Virus record (IMG/VR): IMGVR_UViG_3300021255_002694
Source of the DNA: a virus
Lineage: Duplodnaviria; Caudoviricetes
Direction: 5' to 3' (one strand)
Length of the DNA: 64,000 bases
Part shown: in pieces, positions 48,047 to 58,127 of the stretch
Numbering within the stretch: position 1 is the stretch's first letter
Layout: the number at the start of each line of letters is the position of its first letter
Program-made: the position numbers and the translations under genes
The notes under the pieces: model-generated
What the model was told of the DNA's origin: nothing
The model's database searches: none
Seen by the model: only the letters and a program-made list of their open reading frames with translations

Positions 48047-48445
48047 ATGGAAAAAGAAATCTTCAATGCAAGAATTACAGATACAAGACTTGGATATGAC
48101 GATTTGAATAATCTTACACTTTGTTTATATACGGAATCTGAATATGGTATGTGCGGATTCGGTGGATGTACATTCGGTTGTCATAAAGATGATTATAGCA
48201 TTGATGATATGAGTCATGTAGGAAAGACATCATATATCAATTTTGAATGGACTTCTGAACTTATCATGAAAATTCTTGACACCGTTGGTGCTGATAAGTG
48301 GGAGGATATCAAGGGAAAATTGATCAGGATTCGTACAAATGGTAAAACTGGATGTGCTGGTGGAATTGAGGCTATTGGAAACATTTTAGAAAATAAGTGG
48401 TTTTCTATTCAAGATTTCTATGCAGAGAAAGGAATTTATGAATGA
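48047..48445 (+). CDS. hypothetical phage protein
   Basis: NA.I....LG...FGG...VG...WED.KGK.IR...IGNI...W pattern. Confidence 0.75.
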   Translation: MEKEIFNARITDTRLGYDDLNNLTLCLYTESEYGMCGFGGCTFGCHKDDYSIDDMSHVGKTSYINFEWTSELIMKILDTVGADKWEDIKGKLIRIRTNGKTGCAGGIEAIGNILENKWFSIQDFYAEKGIYE

Positions 48446-48909
48446 GATTCTTTGATCTATTTAGTAAACGAGAGAAAAGGCGTGGATCAAGCGTACCTAA
48501 GTATAGAGGATATACGCCGCCGCCGATGCCTAAAACAGCACCGTGCAAACCTGAAAATGACTTTCCTGATTTTGATATGCTTCATAACAAAGCAGAAGAT
48601 GCATTACGTGAAAGCAAGAGAAAATCATTTTATAGACTTATAGACAGAATATCAAAGGATATGGTAGAATCAGCAATGCATGGATCATTTCAATCAGGAA
48701 TGGTTATAAGACAAGGTGACTACATCGGACTAGATTTATCTAATCCGGATTCAACTGATTGTAAAAATGTGAAAGATTATATTCTATCTAAGGATTCTAG
48801 GTTTACTGTACTCATTGAACCTTTAGATGAAGTTTACAAAAAACGATGGCTGAAAGACGATGGTGTCCAATTAACTGTAAAGTGGGGTATCGAAGATGAA
48901 GCACATTGA
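48442..48909 (+). CDS. hypothetical protein
   Basis: ATGA overlap; Pro-rich linker. Confidence 0.7.
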   Translation: MRFFDLFSKREKRRGSSVPKYRGYTPPPMPKTAPCKPENDFPDFDMLHNKAEDALRESKRKSFYRLIDRISKDMVESAMHGSFQSGMVIRQGDYIGLDLSNPDSTDCKNVKDYILSKDSRFTVLIEPLDEVYKKRWLKDDGVQLTVKWGIEDEAH

Positions 48910-49192
48910 GAACATTATCATAGGAGTTCCGCTTGTATCATGGACTGAACTAATTACAGACGGGACAAAGGAAGATATTAAAAAAGAAATTGAGCAAACA
49001 CATCTAACATCAGTTAGAAACCTTGCTTATATATTAAAAGAAATCGGTATTGTTTCTTCTGTATCTGAGGTACGTAGAAATAAACCTGATCTTTGTAAGG
49101 TCATTCCAGATGATGATACAGACTGTTTCTGGATCAAATGGGGCAAGCGTAGATTCTATGTTGTTGTTGGAAAGCACACATACATAGAATGA
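48896..49192 (+). CDS. stand-alone S4-like RNA-binding domain (TyrRS C-terminal-like)
   Basis: L..IL..IGIVSS.SEVRR ... KWGKRRF. Confidence 0.55.
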   Translation: MKHIENIIIGVPLVSWTELITDGTKEDIKKEIEQTHLTSVRNLAYILKEIGIVSSVSEVRRNKPDLCKVIPDDDTDCFWIKWGKRRFYVVVGKHTYIE

Positions 49193-49209
49193 GAAATTAG
49201 GTGATGTAT

Positions 49210-49653
49210 ATGTCAAGATATAAGGTAACAAAGCACGGGACCATGCATGTCAGTAAACATGAAATGATATTTTGTCCAGAATGTGCCTCGGAAATAATCA
49301 AATCAGACCGTAAAAGCGAAGTTGATTATGTGTTCTTTCGGCTAATTAAAAGAACAAAAACATATAGATTCATTAAATGTCCTGAATGTGGATGTGAAAT
49401 GCAAAAGATAGAAAAGACACAAATGAAACCTTGTATACTATTTCGGAAAATTTTAACATCAATTTTGCTTATTTCTTTGACGACATTTATTTTCTGGTTT
49501 ACAATCTATGCTGTGACACATGATAGTGGTGTGAAAACATGGCTTGGTGTATTAGGTGTTCTATCAATCTTTGTCACAATATTTATGTCCGTATTGGATA
49601 TATACTATATTGGTGACATATTAGAACATATACACATTTACAAGGAGTATTGA
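49210..49653 (+). CDS. zinc-ribbon membrane protein (paralog of 24346)
   Basis: CPEC...CPECGC plus two TM segments. Confidence 0.7.
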   Translation: MSRYKVTKHGTMHVSKHEMIFCPECASEIIKSDRKSEVDYVFFRLIKRTKTYRFIKCPECGCEMQKIEKTQMKPCILFRKILTSILLISLTTFIFWFTIYAVTHDSGVKTWLGVLGVLSIFVTIFMSVLDIYYIGDILEHIHIYKEY

Positions 49654-49686
49654 TACTATATAAAATTTAATTAAAGGAGAATTTAT

Positions 49687-49968
49687 ATGGAACTAATGTC
49701 AATTAGAATGTTTATGGAGATTATGACTAATACTCTGATGCCGGATGATCAGAGTCCTTACTTTGGTATGTCTCCTGATAAGCGGTTGGATGCATTTGCA
49801 AAAGCATTCGAGGGTTATAAAGATTATCTTGATAGTAAATGCAAACCTGTAAAGATTTTAATTGAAGAAACACTTAAAGAAGTTAATATGTCTAATGTTA
49901 CAGATAAACTTCTTGAAGATATTGAAAATGATGTGTTTCCTGTATGTATTTTGTTTGCAATGGGATGA
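49687..49968 (+). CDS. hypothetical protein
   Basis: AAGGAG SD. Confidence 0.7.
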   Translation: MELMSIRMFMEIMTNTLMPDDQSPYFGMSPDKRLDAFAKAFEGYKDYLDSKCKPVKILIEETLKEVNMSNVTDKLLEDIENDVFPVCILFAMG

Positions 49969-49994
49969 TTTTATTTAAAGATTGAGGTGTAAAG

Positions 49995-50195
49995 ATGACT
50001 GTAAAAGAACTAAAAGAAAAGATCAATTCCATTCCTGAAACTATGAACGATATGCCAGTAGTAATTGAAAGACCTGATTATAATGATCATTGTCTTGGTG
50101 ATGGAATGGAAGATGTTACAAGTGTTGATGTTTGGAAATATGATCACCACAGAGAAGATAATCCTGCTGCTTGGCTTGAATTTCATTTTTATTGA
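49995..50195 (+). CDS. hypothetical protein (MTVKEL family)
   Basis: GAGGTG SD; similar N-terminus to 54042. Confidence 0.7.
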   Translation: MTVKELKEKINSIPETMNDMPVVIERPDYNDHCLGDGMEDVTSVDVWKYDHHREDNPAAWLEFHFY

Positions 50196-50286
50196 TGTTT
50201 TGATGTAAGTGATGTGATCATATGGATGTGCTTCCTGTATTCGTTGTGTATCTGGATTGATATAACTAAGGCGTGTTTTGTTATGA

Positions 50287-50553
50287 ATGGGTTTATATGG
50301 GGTAGATGTTGATATGTCAAATTTAATTAGAAATGCTAAATTAGAAGAATTCAAGGAATCACTTTGTAGTTTCGGCATGAATTGTGGAATGTGTGTTTGT
50401 CAAGAATGTCCGAGAGATTGTTCTGAGTGTGCTGAAATTGAAGTTGGTGATCCTGAATGTTTATACATCTGCATGGATAGACAAGGTGTAAACAGATACA
50501 AAGGTTATAACGATGAAGAAGATGGTTGGATGAATTGGATTGATCTAACTTAA
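50287..50553 (+). CDS. Cys-rich small protein
   Basis: Multiple CxxC motifs; start uncertain. Confidence 0.6.
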   Translation: MGLYGVDVDMSNLIRNAKLEEFKESLCSFGMNCGMCVCQECPRDCSECAEIEVGDPECLYICMDRQGVNRYKGYNDEEDGWMNWIDLT

Positions 50554-50584
50554 TTACAGTAAGTGATTCGGATTGGAGTACAAT

Positions 50585-50800
50585 ATGAATGAGCGCAAAT
50601 GTAGAATATCATATGCCTTTCTACTTGATGGACAGATTGCAATATCAGCATTTGAAACAACATTTCCGCCTAAGATTGAAAATGATGTTGATTTCTTCGA
50701 TACAATAAGATCAAGGGTTGTTAAAAATATGGCAGACAATAATTTATCCGGAAGCGAATGTGAGAGTATCACTGTTCTTGGTTGGTCTTTCTATGATTAA
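50585..50800 (+). CDS. hypothetical protein
   Basis: GGAG SD. Confidence 0.65.
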   Translation: MNERKCRISYAFLLDGQIAISAFETTFPPKIENDVDFFDTIRSRVVKNMADNNLSGSECESITVLGWSFYD

Positions 50801-50822
50801 GATTAGATTGGAGCATACTTAT

Positions 50823-51077
50823 ATGAGCAGTAAATCTTTGGAAGAACTTGAAGAAATGAAATCTATTCATGAGACATTGGTCAATCTATGTGAAGCTGTT
50901 ACAGCCCATGCAAAAACGCTAGATGAATATAGACAAGGCTTTAAGTTAGTTGAGGATGCAGTTGAAGCCTATCAAAAATCTATAAAGGCACTTGGAACAG
51001 TTTTAAGAGAATATGATAAAATTTCAAAAGAACATGAATTAAGATTGCTTGAACTAGAGAGCAAGTTGAAAGAATAA
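50823..51077 (+). CDS. small coiled-coil protein
   Basis: GGAG SD. Confidence 0.65.
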   Translation: MSSKSLEELEEMKSIHETLVNLCEAVTAHAKTLDEYRQGFKLVEDAVEAYQKSIKALGTVLREYDKISKEHELRLLELESKLKE

Positions 51078-51091
51078 GGGGTATTTACATT

Positions 51092-51421
51092 ATGCGGATG
51101 TTAATTGACTACAAACAGTTGTTTACAATTATCATACATATTATAATGGAAACCGATCCTGACAGATATGAGTTCTGTTTTTCATATGACAGAAACGGAA
51201 GTAATGGAAAGTTATTTATCTGTGACAATAAGAGCGAGGATTTATGTAATTGGAGAAAAGCGCTGTGTTACGGAGAATATGCAGAGGTGACTGCGTTTAG
51301 GGATGAGATCATACAATTTGTTTCTGATGAATCAGACAAACTTAAATCTAATACTCTTGAATTTAGTAAACATCTATTTAAGGATATCGTAGAGGTGATA
51401 AATAATGAACATTCGACTTGA
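51092..51421 (+). CDS. hypothetical protein (tandem family with next two genes)
   Basis: DYK...II..I.M.D pattern. Confidence 0.7.
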   Translation: MRMLIDYKQLFTIIIHIIMETDPDRYEFCFSYDRNGSNGKLFICDNKSEDLCNWRKALCYGEYAEVTAFRDEIIQFVSDESDKLKSNTLEFSKHLFKDIVEVINNEHST

Positions 51422-51770
51422 TTATAAGGTGGTTGCAAAGATTATTTTAGGTATTGCAATGGATGATGATTTTTACCTTTTAATTTCTGATGATCACTCT
51501 GAACTTTATTGCATGGAAAAAGATAAAGTTAGAAGAAAAGCATTTGGATATAATTATAACACAACTCGTGGATGTTTTGATGCTGATAAGCTAATTGATA
51601 CAGTTGCATTCGGAACATCTGATGAACTTGCAAAACTTAAAGAATATATGGAAAATCAAGCAACAGAACTTAGAGATAAGGCATTGGAGTGTGCTACAAG
51701 ATGCTGTGTTTCAGAAACAGCACTTGATAAGAACGATGACTGTGAAAACAACAACACAATTACGTGGTGA
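51405..51770 (+). CDS. hypothetical protein
   Basis: GAGGTG SD; ends ITW like next gene. Confidence 0.7.
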   Translation: MNIRLDYKVVAKIILGIAMDDDFYLLISDDHSELYCMEKDKVRRKAFGYNYNTTRGCFDADKLIDTVAFGTSDELAKLKEYMENQATELRDKALECATRCCVSETALDKNDDCENNNTITW

Positions 51771-51775
51771 TATGT

Positions 51776-52051
51776 ATGCTTAAAACAAATGTAAAAGATA
51801 TCATTCGTCAAATGGTAAAAGATGATTGTCTTTATTTAGACATTCTATGTGGAAATCAACTTTGTCTTAGGGAGCGTATTCAATATTGCGAAAGACGAAT
51901 TGATCCTTTTATCGCTCTGGTTGCAGAGAAAGATGAAAGTGCAGTTGAAGATCAGTTGCAGTACATTAAGTCTGATATAGAACAGAAAGTTTCAAACATT
52001 CGCTGCGGTAAGAACACGATCAGCGATTTTTGTGACTACATTACATGGTAA
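51776..52051 (+). CDS. hypothetical protein
   Basis: Ends ITW. Confidence 0.7.
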   Translation: MLKTNVKDIIRQMVKDDCLYLDILCGNQLCLRERIQYCERRIDPFIALVAEKDESAVEDQLQYIKSDIEQKVSNIRCGKNTISDFCDYITW

Positions 52052-52073
52052 TAATTAAAAAAAGGAGATTAAA

Positions 52074-53429
52074 ATGAAAAGACTTGTTTCCGGAATCATT
52101 AGTGCATCATTTGCACTCGCATGTTTTAATTCAGCGCCGATTACAGCATTTGCTTCGTATGAAGATGCAAGAAATCAGATTGTTTCAGAACTTGAATCAT
52201 TTGATAATGCAGAATTGTTTAATTTTGTAGACACAGTAAAGGATATTCCAGATAACGCTACTATTGTAGATCAGCAGTATAGGCAGAATATTAGAAAGAG
52301 ATATTCAGTTGACTATGGATCAGTAACTCTTGATATTACAGAATATGAAAATGATTCTATTACGATTGAACTAACAACGCTGAAAGCATCATATGATACT
52401 GTTTATTTGCCTAATATTGTTGTAGATGAAGATGAATTTACATTTGGTATTCAGCAGACTAATTTTGGTAAAGATTATACATATAAAGATTTTCATGGAA
52501 GTTCTGTAACAGATGTTCCGCTCCGAAATGAGTCTATTGTAACACATAGGGTACAGGTCAAAACAACTAATACTCGTGGAGAAAAGTTTGCAACAATTAC
52601 AATCAGCCGGAATATGAAAACAGCAACTAAGTCTGTTGAGATCAAGGGCTTTGCTAAGATCATTCATCTCAATGAATCTCCAAATAATTATAGCAGTTCA
52701 GAGGATTATGTAAAAGAATTCCGGCGTTGGTGCGATAAAATTGATGCCGATGTTTACTTTATTAGTTCTGCAACAAAAGACATTTACACATCAAGTACAG
52801 GCAACGTGTGTGCTGATTCTGACGAAAGCTATAATGTAATTGATAAGTTGATCACAGATACATACGGTGATGCAGAAAACGGTTCTGATGGAGTGTATTG
52901 GATTGTACAGAAACCAAGACTTTCGGAAGAAGATTCTGCAAAGCTAACTGAATTTTTCGGAAACGGATTTGATTATAGTAAATGTAAAGTTGATTATCTT
53001 AGTGACGTTTCATCTTCGCCAATCATGCTCCCAATGCATCATATTGTGTTTGATAAAAACCTTATTGCAAGACCTGAATATGATCTTGGAATGACAATTC
53101 ATTATTATGATAAGAACGGACTCGCTCCTGAAATCATGTTCAATGAAGAATATGAGGGAAAGATCAATAAGCTGACTGATGAACAATCATATATCAAGAC
53201 ACTTGAGGGTAGTCTGAATGAGAAATCGGAAGAAATTTCAAGACTAGAATCAGAAATTTCAAAGCTGAAAACGCAAAAATATATCACAAGTAATCTCGGT
53301 GATGTGAACAACGATAACACTATTGATGCGGCTGATGCACAGCTTATTTTGAATTACTATGTGTATACTTTGGCAAATAGTGATGCAGAACCACTTGAAG
53401 ATTGGATTTCTAAGATTGTAACAAATTAA
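52074..53429 (+). CDS. secreted protein with coiled coil and C-terminal dockerin repeat
   Basis: Sec signal MKRLVSG...TAFA; GDVNNDNTIDAADAQLILNYY Ca-binding dockerin loop-helix. Confidence 0.8.
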   Translation: MKRLVSGIISASFALACFNSAPITAFASYEDARNQIVSELESFDNAELFNFVDTVKDIPDNATIVDQQYRQNIRKRYSVDYGSVTLDITEYENDSITIELTTLKASYDTVYLPNIVVDEDEFTFGIQQTNFGKDYTYKDFHGSSVTDVPLRNESIVTHRVQVKTTNTRGEKFATITISRNMKTATKSVEIKGFAKIIHLNESPNNYSSSEDYVKEFRRWCDKIDADVYFISSATKDIYTSSTGNVCADSDESYNVIDKLITDTYGDAENGSDGVYWIVQKPRLSEEDSAKLTEFFGNGFDYSKCKVDYLSDVSSSPIMLPMHHIVFDKNLIARPEYDLGMTIHYYDKNGLAPEIMFNEEYEGKINKLTDEQSYIKTLEGSLNEKSEEISRLESEISKLKTQKYITSNLGDVNNDNTIDAADAQLILNYYVYTLANSDAEPLEDWISKIVTN

Positions 53430-53474
53430 AACTATCTTGAAAAATATCCTTAGTAAAAGGAGTGTCTGGAAAAC

Positions 53475-53792
53475 ATGGGGAAGATAAAAAAGGTATTTGT
53501 TGTTATCGTGCGGATACTGGAAATTGTTATATTTTGTGCTATAATTTTCGGGATAGTGTTGCTTACAATCGTTTCTGTGAAATATACAATCAAATTAAAT
53601 AAGTATATAAAAGAGGACGCTAAGTGGAATATAAAGGTCGCTAACCATTCATATTACACTGAGGCTTATACAGAGATTGATCTAAATGAATATGGTTTTG
53701 ACGATACAGTTATTATTTTTACAGATCATAACTGTACAAACCGTAGCATACTGAAATCAGAGAATCCAGAGATTATAAGCACACAAGATTAA
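53475..53792 (+). CDS. membrane-anchored protein
   Basis: N-terminal TM segment. Confidence 0.7.
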   Translation: MGKIKKVFVVIVRILEIVIFCAIIFGIVLLTIVSVKYTIKLNKYIKEDAKWNIKVANHSYYTEAYTEIDLNEYGFDDTVIIFTDHNCTNRSILKSENPEIISTQD

Positions 53793-53814
53793 ATTTGAGA
53801 AAGGATGTTTAGTT

Positions 53815-54042
53815 ATGAGTTCAAGTAGTAAAAGTTCTGGTTCGGGTGGTGGAGTTGGAATCCCGACAGTAATCCAGATTGTTTTTATCATTCTTAAAGT
53901 TGTTGGCGTTATCGAATGGTCATGGCTTTGGGTACTTTCACCAACATGGATTTCAATTTTAGTTGTTATCTTTGTTCTGCTTATCTTATTTATTGTGAAA
54001 GTAATCAGTGTTGTATTACGTAAAAAGAAAAGAGGTAAATAA
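53815..54042 (+). CDS. small two-TM phage membrane protein
   Basis: FIILK..GVI.WSW.WVLSP.W pattern. Confidence 0.75.
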   Translation: MSSSSKSSGSGGGVGIPTVIQIVFIILKVVGVIEWSWLWVLSPTWISILVVIFVLLILFIVKVISVVLRKKKRGK

Positions 54043-54467
54043 TGACAGTAGCGGAATTGAGAAAAATATTAGAAGATTATCCAGATGATATGCCTGTTGT
54101 TGTTAAGCATAGTTCAATAGTTGTTGAGAAAGATTATGTAACTGGTTCAGATGATTTTGAACTTGTATGTGAAACCGGATACGGAGTACATTATGATGGG
54201 CTGTTGAAAAATCTTGAACAAGGTGTACGTTATGTTTATGAGAACGGTGATACATTTCCCGATGATTGTGACAATCATGAAGAAGATGAACCATATTGGA
54301 GATACAAGAATTTTACAAAATTTAAGGTTGATAGTGATTGCACTATAACTGCAAGATATGAATATGCTGATGTAAAACTTGTGATCGGTGAATACCAGTT
54401 TGCAACATCGAATCTTGATAGTGATATTGGTGCAAACCTATATGATGAATGTCTACTAATTTGTTGA
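54042..54467 (+). CDS. hypothetical protein (MTVAEL family)
   Basis: GAGG SD. Confidence 0.7.
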   Translation: MTVAELRKILEDYPDDMPVVVKHSSIVVEKDYVTGSDDFELVCETGYGVHYDGLLKNLEQGVRYVYENGDTFPDDCDNHEEDEPYWRYKNFTKFKVDSDCTITARYEYADVKLVIGEYQFATSNLDSDIGANLYDECLLIC

Positions 54468-54478
54468 GGTGTTGAAAA

Positions 54479-54946
54479 ATGATGGATGAAGTTCAATTTA
54501 AGTCATATGGAGAAATTAAGGCGCAGATCAAAGAACGTATTGCTGAACTATCTAAGCAGAGAAATAAACTTGAAATTCAAATGAGAGATGATAAGAAAAA
54601 GCTATTTCTATCTGCTGTTGATAAGTGGAAACCGCTTGTTGGATGCTGTTTTAAGATCAAAGACGATCTATATGATTACATGTTCGTTGTAACAGATGTT
54701 CCGCAAGAAGAATATACAATGACGGAAACAATATATAATCGTTATAAGCTGCCAGTGTTTTTGGTTGACAGAAAAGGCATGACTCGCAATTCATTTATCA
54801 CTTCATTTGCGGTGGATGCAGATGATGTTTACGCCGAATTTACTAAAAAGTTTGAACCAATTTCGCATGAAGATTTTTTAATTGAGATCGGAGACATTAT
54901 TTCATCTGAGATCATTGCAAAGGCTGTAAATAAATATAACAAATAA
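54479..54946 (+). CDS. hypothetical protein, paralog of 56030
   Basis: KW...VG.CFK...DVP...IYN.YK...AVD.D...F.PIS shared. Confidence 0.75.
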   Translation: MMDEVQFKSYGEIKAQIKERIAELSKQRNKLEIQMRDDKKKLFLSAVDKWKPLVGCCFKIKDDLYDYMFVVTDVPQEEYTMTETIYNRYKLPVFLVDRKGMTRNSFITSFAVDADDVYAEFTKKFEPISHEDFLIEIGDIISSEIIAKAVNKYNK

Positions 54947-54957
54947 AATATTTTCAA

Positions 54958-55028
54958 AACCCCTTGACATTCTGCAAAAATTGTGGTATACTATATTTAC
55001 GAAGTACCTTTGCAAAAGTCAAGGGGTT
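54958..55028 (+). promoter_or_regulatory. sigmaA early promoter enclosed by inverted repeat
   Basis: TTGACA 54964-N17-TATACT; AACCCCTTGAC/GTCAAGGGGTT. Confidence 0.85.
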
Positions 55029-55054
55029 ATTTTTAAGAAGTGAGGTAAATAAAT

Positions 55055-55348
55055 ATGAAAGAGGATTTTAGCAAAATCGCAGCACAGGGTTTGTATGCCT
55101 TTGTAGCAAATATTTATAAGGAAGCCTATAATCAGGGTGCAAGGGATATTCTGAAAGCCCTTGCAAAGAATGATGAAGTGCAAAAAGCATATAAGAATAT
55201 GCAAGATGATTGTTTCCGCGATCTAGCTGGATTTCAATATGGAGGTAGCTACTGCCCAAAGCAATGCTGTATCGGAGCAGAAACTTGTACTGAATGTATA
55301 GACGAAACAGATTTCTATGAGGAACTAGTAGAAATGGGGATTGAATAA
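55055..55348 (+). CDS. hypothetical Cys-containing protein
   Basis: GAGG SD. Confidence 0.7.
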   Translation: MKEDFSKIAAQGLYAFVANIYKEAYNQGARDILKALAKNDEVQKAYKNMQDDCFRDLAGFQYGGSYCPKQCCIGAETCTECIDETDFYEELVEMGIE

Positions 55349-55665
55349 TGATTACAGAAAAACATACATTTGTAACAGATTGTGACGACAAGGAGTTTAA
55401 GACTCGTGATGCCGCAGAAGATCATGAGGTAGAATATGATAAGATTAAGGAATTAAAAGAAGCATTACAAACTATTCACGATTTTTGTAAATGGTTCAGA
55501 AATGAAAAGACAGATGCATGTTGTGACTACACATTTAAGTGTCCGCTTTATGATCTTTGTTCTAAATTAGGTTGTTCCGGATGTTCGACATTCGACAAAA
55601 TTCCGTTTACAGTTCGTGTTGATAATCTAAAAAGAACTATGCCGAACACAGTTAAGAAGAATTGA
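55348..55665 (+). CDS. hypothetical Cys-containing protein
   Basis: TAATG overlap. Confidence 0.7.
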   Translation: MITEKHTFVTDCDDKEFKTRDAAEDHEVEYDKIKELKEALQTIHDFCKWFRNEKTDACCDYTFKCPLYDLCSKLGCSGCSTFDKIPFTVRVDNLKRTMPNTVKKN

Positions 55666-55702
55666 TTATAGTGACAGGTAGAACTAAAGGTGTGTGATTT
55701 AG

Positions 55703-55990
55703 TTGGATATAAAAATTGGTGATGTATTAGACAGAATACCGCATGATTATCGTGAATCAGGAAACATAAATTTATCAATTTTAGGAACAACCTTATCGAA
55801 ATTAGGATATGCAATATTCAGATTTCCATTTCCAGTTACACAGCACAGTTGTTATTTCGTATTTAAGTATTTAGATAAAGATAATCCTGATCAAAGCAAA
55901 GTTATATATCTTGGTGAATATAGATATCTCAATCACGCTGTTTACTGGATAAGGAATGATCTATTTAACAACAGTGGTGTATGGCATTGA
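55703..55990 (+). CDS. hypothetical protein
   Basis: TTG start, AAGGTG SD. Confidence 0.6.
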   Translation: MDIKIGDVLDRIPHDYRESGNINLSILGTTLSKLGYAIFRFPFPVTQHSCYFVFKYLDKDNPDQSKVIYLGEYRYLNHAVYWIRNDLFNNSGVWH

Positions 55991-56029
55991 GTGATTTTGT
56001 CTTTTTGAAAAATAAGGAGAAGTGTTGTA

Positions 56030-56518
56030 ATGAATAAAGATGATCTAATTGCTGAATACGGTAAGATATCAGACGAAATCAATGCTCTTTCTAAGAGAAA
56101 ACTTGAAATAAAGAATGAACTGCACAAACTTTCGGAAGAAGAATATGATTCAGTTTGTGCGAAATGGCAACAGTTTGTAGGAAAATGTTTCAAGAAAGAA
56201 TGGTCAGATTATTCAAAATACTCACAATATTTTATCATTATTGATGTTCCTAAAATTGAAAATAGTTCAACATATGGAAAAATATATAATAAATATAAGG
56301 TTAAAGCATTTATGTTTCAGCCAATAGATTCTATTACAGAGGTAAAAACAATTACATCAAATGCAGTTGATTTTGATAACTTCACAGAAAGATTTTGTGA
56401 AAACTTTACACCGATTAGCTTTGATGAATTTATGGATAAACTTAGAGAATCTATTTTAGAAAAATATAATGTTGACACTTTCATAAGCATTGATTCATTC
56501 CATAACAAACATGAATGA
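56030..56518 (+). CDS. hypothetical protein, paralog of 54479
   Basis: Shared motifs. Confidence 0.75.
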   Translation: MNKDDLIAEYGKISDEINALSKRKLEIKNELHKLSEEEYDSVCAKWQQFVGKCFKKEWSDYSKYSQYFIIIDVPKIENSSTYGKIYNKYKVKAFMFQPIDSITEVKTITSNAVDFDNFTERFCENFTPISFDEFMDKLRESILEKYNVDTFISIDSFHNKHE

Positions 56519-56579
56519 ATAATGTACTGTCGGAGATGCGGAAGTTATATGTATATTATGAGGGGTGGGGAGTATAAAA

Positions 56580-56786
56580 ATGACTAACGGAGAGATTATC
56601 AGAAAATTACTAAATGGATGCGATATAGCAGATGAGGAATTTGCAAAAATACGAATCTGCCCCTATAATGTATCCGAAACATGTAACATTGACATGGAAT
56701 GTGACGAATGCCGACTTAAATGGCTGAAAAAAGATTGTTTTGACTTTCAACCGTGTGTAAATGATTTACGGTTTGGAATATCCTAA
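56580..56786 (+). CDS. small Cys-containing protein
   Basis: MTN.E.IR...CPY...C..C...WL pattern. Confidence 0.7.
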   Translation: MTNGEIIRKLLNGCDIADEEFAKIRICPYNVSETCNIDMECDECRLKWLKKDCFDFQPCVNDLRFGIS

Positions 56787-56812
56787 ACATCAGAACTGTG
56801 GGGAGAATTAGA

Positions 56813-57118
56813 ATGTATAAGTTGTGTGAAACATGTAAAAATAGAAATGATACAAGAAGTGGTTTTGACAGCCCGTGCTATGGATGTGCCGCGCCACACT
56901 GTTTGAAATATAAAGAGGATATAGAAGAGATTAAACGTCAAGAAGGTAGTTTGTCCGATATGGATAGGTTTAATAATTTATTGGATAATACAAGTACACA
57001 TGATCAATGCGGATACAGTGATCGTAGAACCGGAAATTCCGCATATACATTCTTTGAAAGACAACGAATTGATCATGATGAATTAAATATTGATTTGAGA
57101 AGAAACGGTTGGAGATGA
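56813..57118 (+). CDS. hypothetical Cys-containing protein
   Basis: GGGGAG SD. Confidence 0.65.
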   Translation: MYKLCETCKNRNDTRSGFDSPCYGCAAPHCLKYKEDIEEIKRQEGSLSDMDRFNNLLDNTSTHDQCGYSDRRTGNSAYTFFERQRIDHDELNIDLRRNGWR

Positions 57119-57124
57119 TTTATC

Positions 57125-57430
57125 GTGACTAATAAAGAAGCATGTTTAATTATTGACGAATTTGAGAGATATCATCGTGGAGATATTTCTGATGAGCAGG
57201 AAGAAGCCTTTACACTTGCATCAAGACTTTTATCGCGTATTCCTGATGAATTTGATGGAGATTATGATACTCTTGATACAGATGATATTGCAATTATACT
57301 TGAACTTATAGCATCAAAAAGAATTGAATCTTCATATAGATTACGTGAACATGAATATATAGAAAGACTTGACAAATTGACGAGATATTTTAAAAATCAC
57401 TTCTTAGGCGAGAGTGATCTTGCTGAATAA
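57125..57430 (+). CDS. hypothetical protein
   Basis: GGAG SD. Confidence 0.7.
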   Translation: MTNKEACLIIDEFERYHRGDISDEQEEAFTLASRLLSRIPDEFDGDYDTLDTDDIAIILELIASKRIESSYRLREHEYIERLDKLTRYFKNHFLGESDLAE

Positions 57431-57451
57431 TGTAAGGAGAGTGTATTTCAC

Positions 57452-57934
57452 ATGACAAGAGAAGAAAAAGAAACTGCAATCAATAACAATATTGTTTGTT
57501 TTTCAAAATTAGATTCAATCAAACATGCTGTTGTTAATAATGGTGCAGATGTATATTCTGAAGTTGCATCTGAAATTTTCCAGCTCATTCCGGATGATTG
57601 CAAGGAGTTCCGGAGAGATGAATCTGGAAATTTTGTTAAATATGCTGATGGTAAAAAGCGTAGAGATGTTGCAAAATATTTGATGCTGAACAGAATGATG
57701 TTAGATGATATTGCATGTAAATTTGAAGTTTATGATCTTGCAGATAAAATTATCTCTGCTTTTCCATATACACCTATTGATGAACTTGAATCAGATGATC
57801 CGGATATTGAAATTGATAGAGAGTGCGCAGCTATCAATGCATACAGTTTCATTACGCTGATCCGTGGATACTGCATTCTCCCATATTATCAGAAGAAGTT
57901 TAATCAGATTAAAGAGGATTTTTGGAATGAATAA
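57452..57934 (+). CDS. hypothetical protein
   Basis: AAGGAG SD. Confidence 0.75.
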   Translation: MTREEKETAINNNIVCFSKLDSIKHAVVNNGADVYSEVASEIFQLIPDDCKEFRRDESGNFVKYADGKKRRDVAKYLMLNRMMLDDIACKFEVYDLADKIISAFPYTPIDELESDDPDIEIDRECAAINAYSFITLIRGYCILPYYQKKFNQIKEDFWNE

Positions 57935-58121
57935 GTTGCCTAGTACAGAGATTAAATGGGAAACGATCACTAATGAAAATGGTGATGTATTTATTGTAAC
58001 TAGCAATAAGGAAAGATCACTATACTATATCTATTCTTTTGATGGAAAAGAGTATACTAAGATTGACAAAGCTAAAACTCCACCTGAATTGATGAAACAT
58101 ACGATTAAGAAAAAGAGGTAA
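57927..58121 (+). CDS. hypothetical protein
   Basis: GAGG SD before ATG 57927. Confidence 0.7.
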   Translation: MNKLPSTEIKWETITNENGDVFIVTSNKERSLYYIYSFDGKEYTKIDKAKTPPELMKHTIKKKR

Positions 58122-58127
58122 TAAGTC

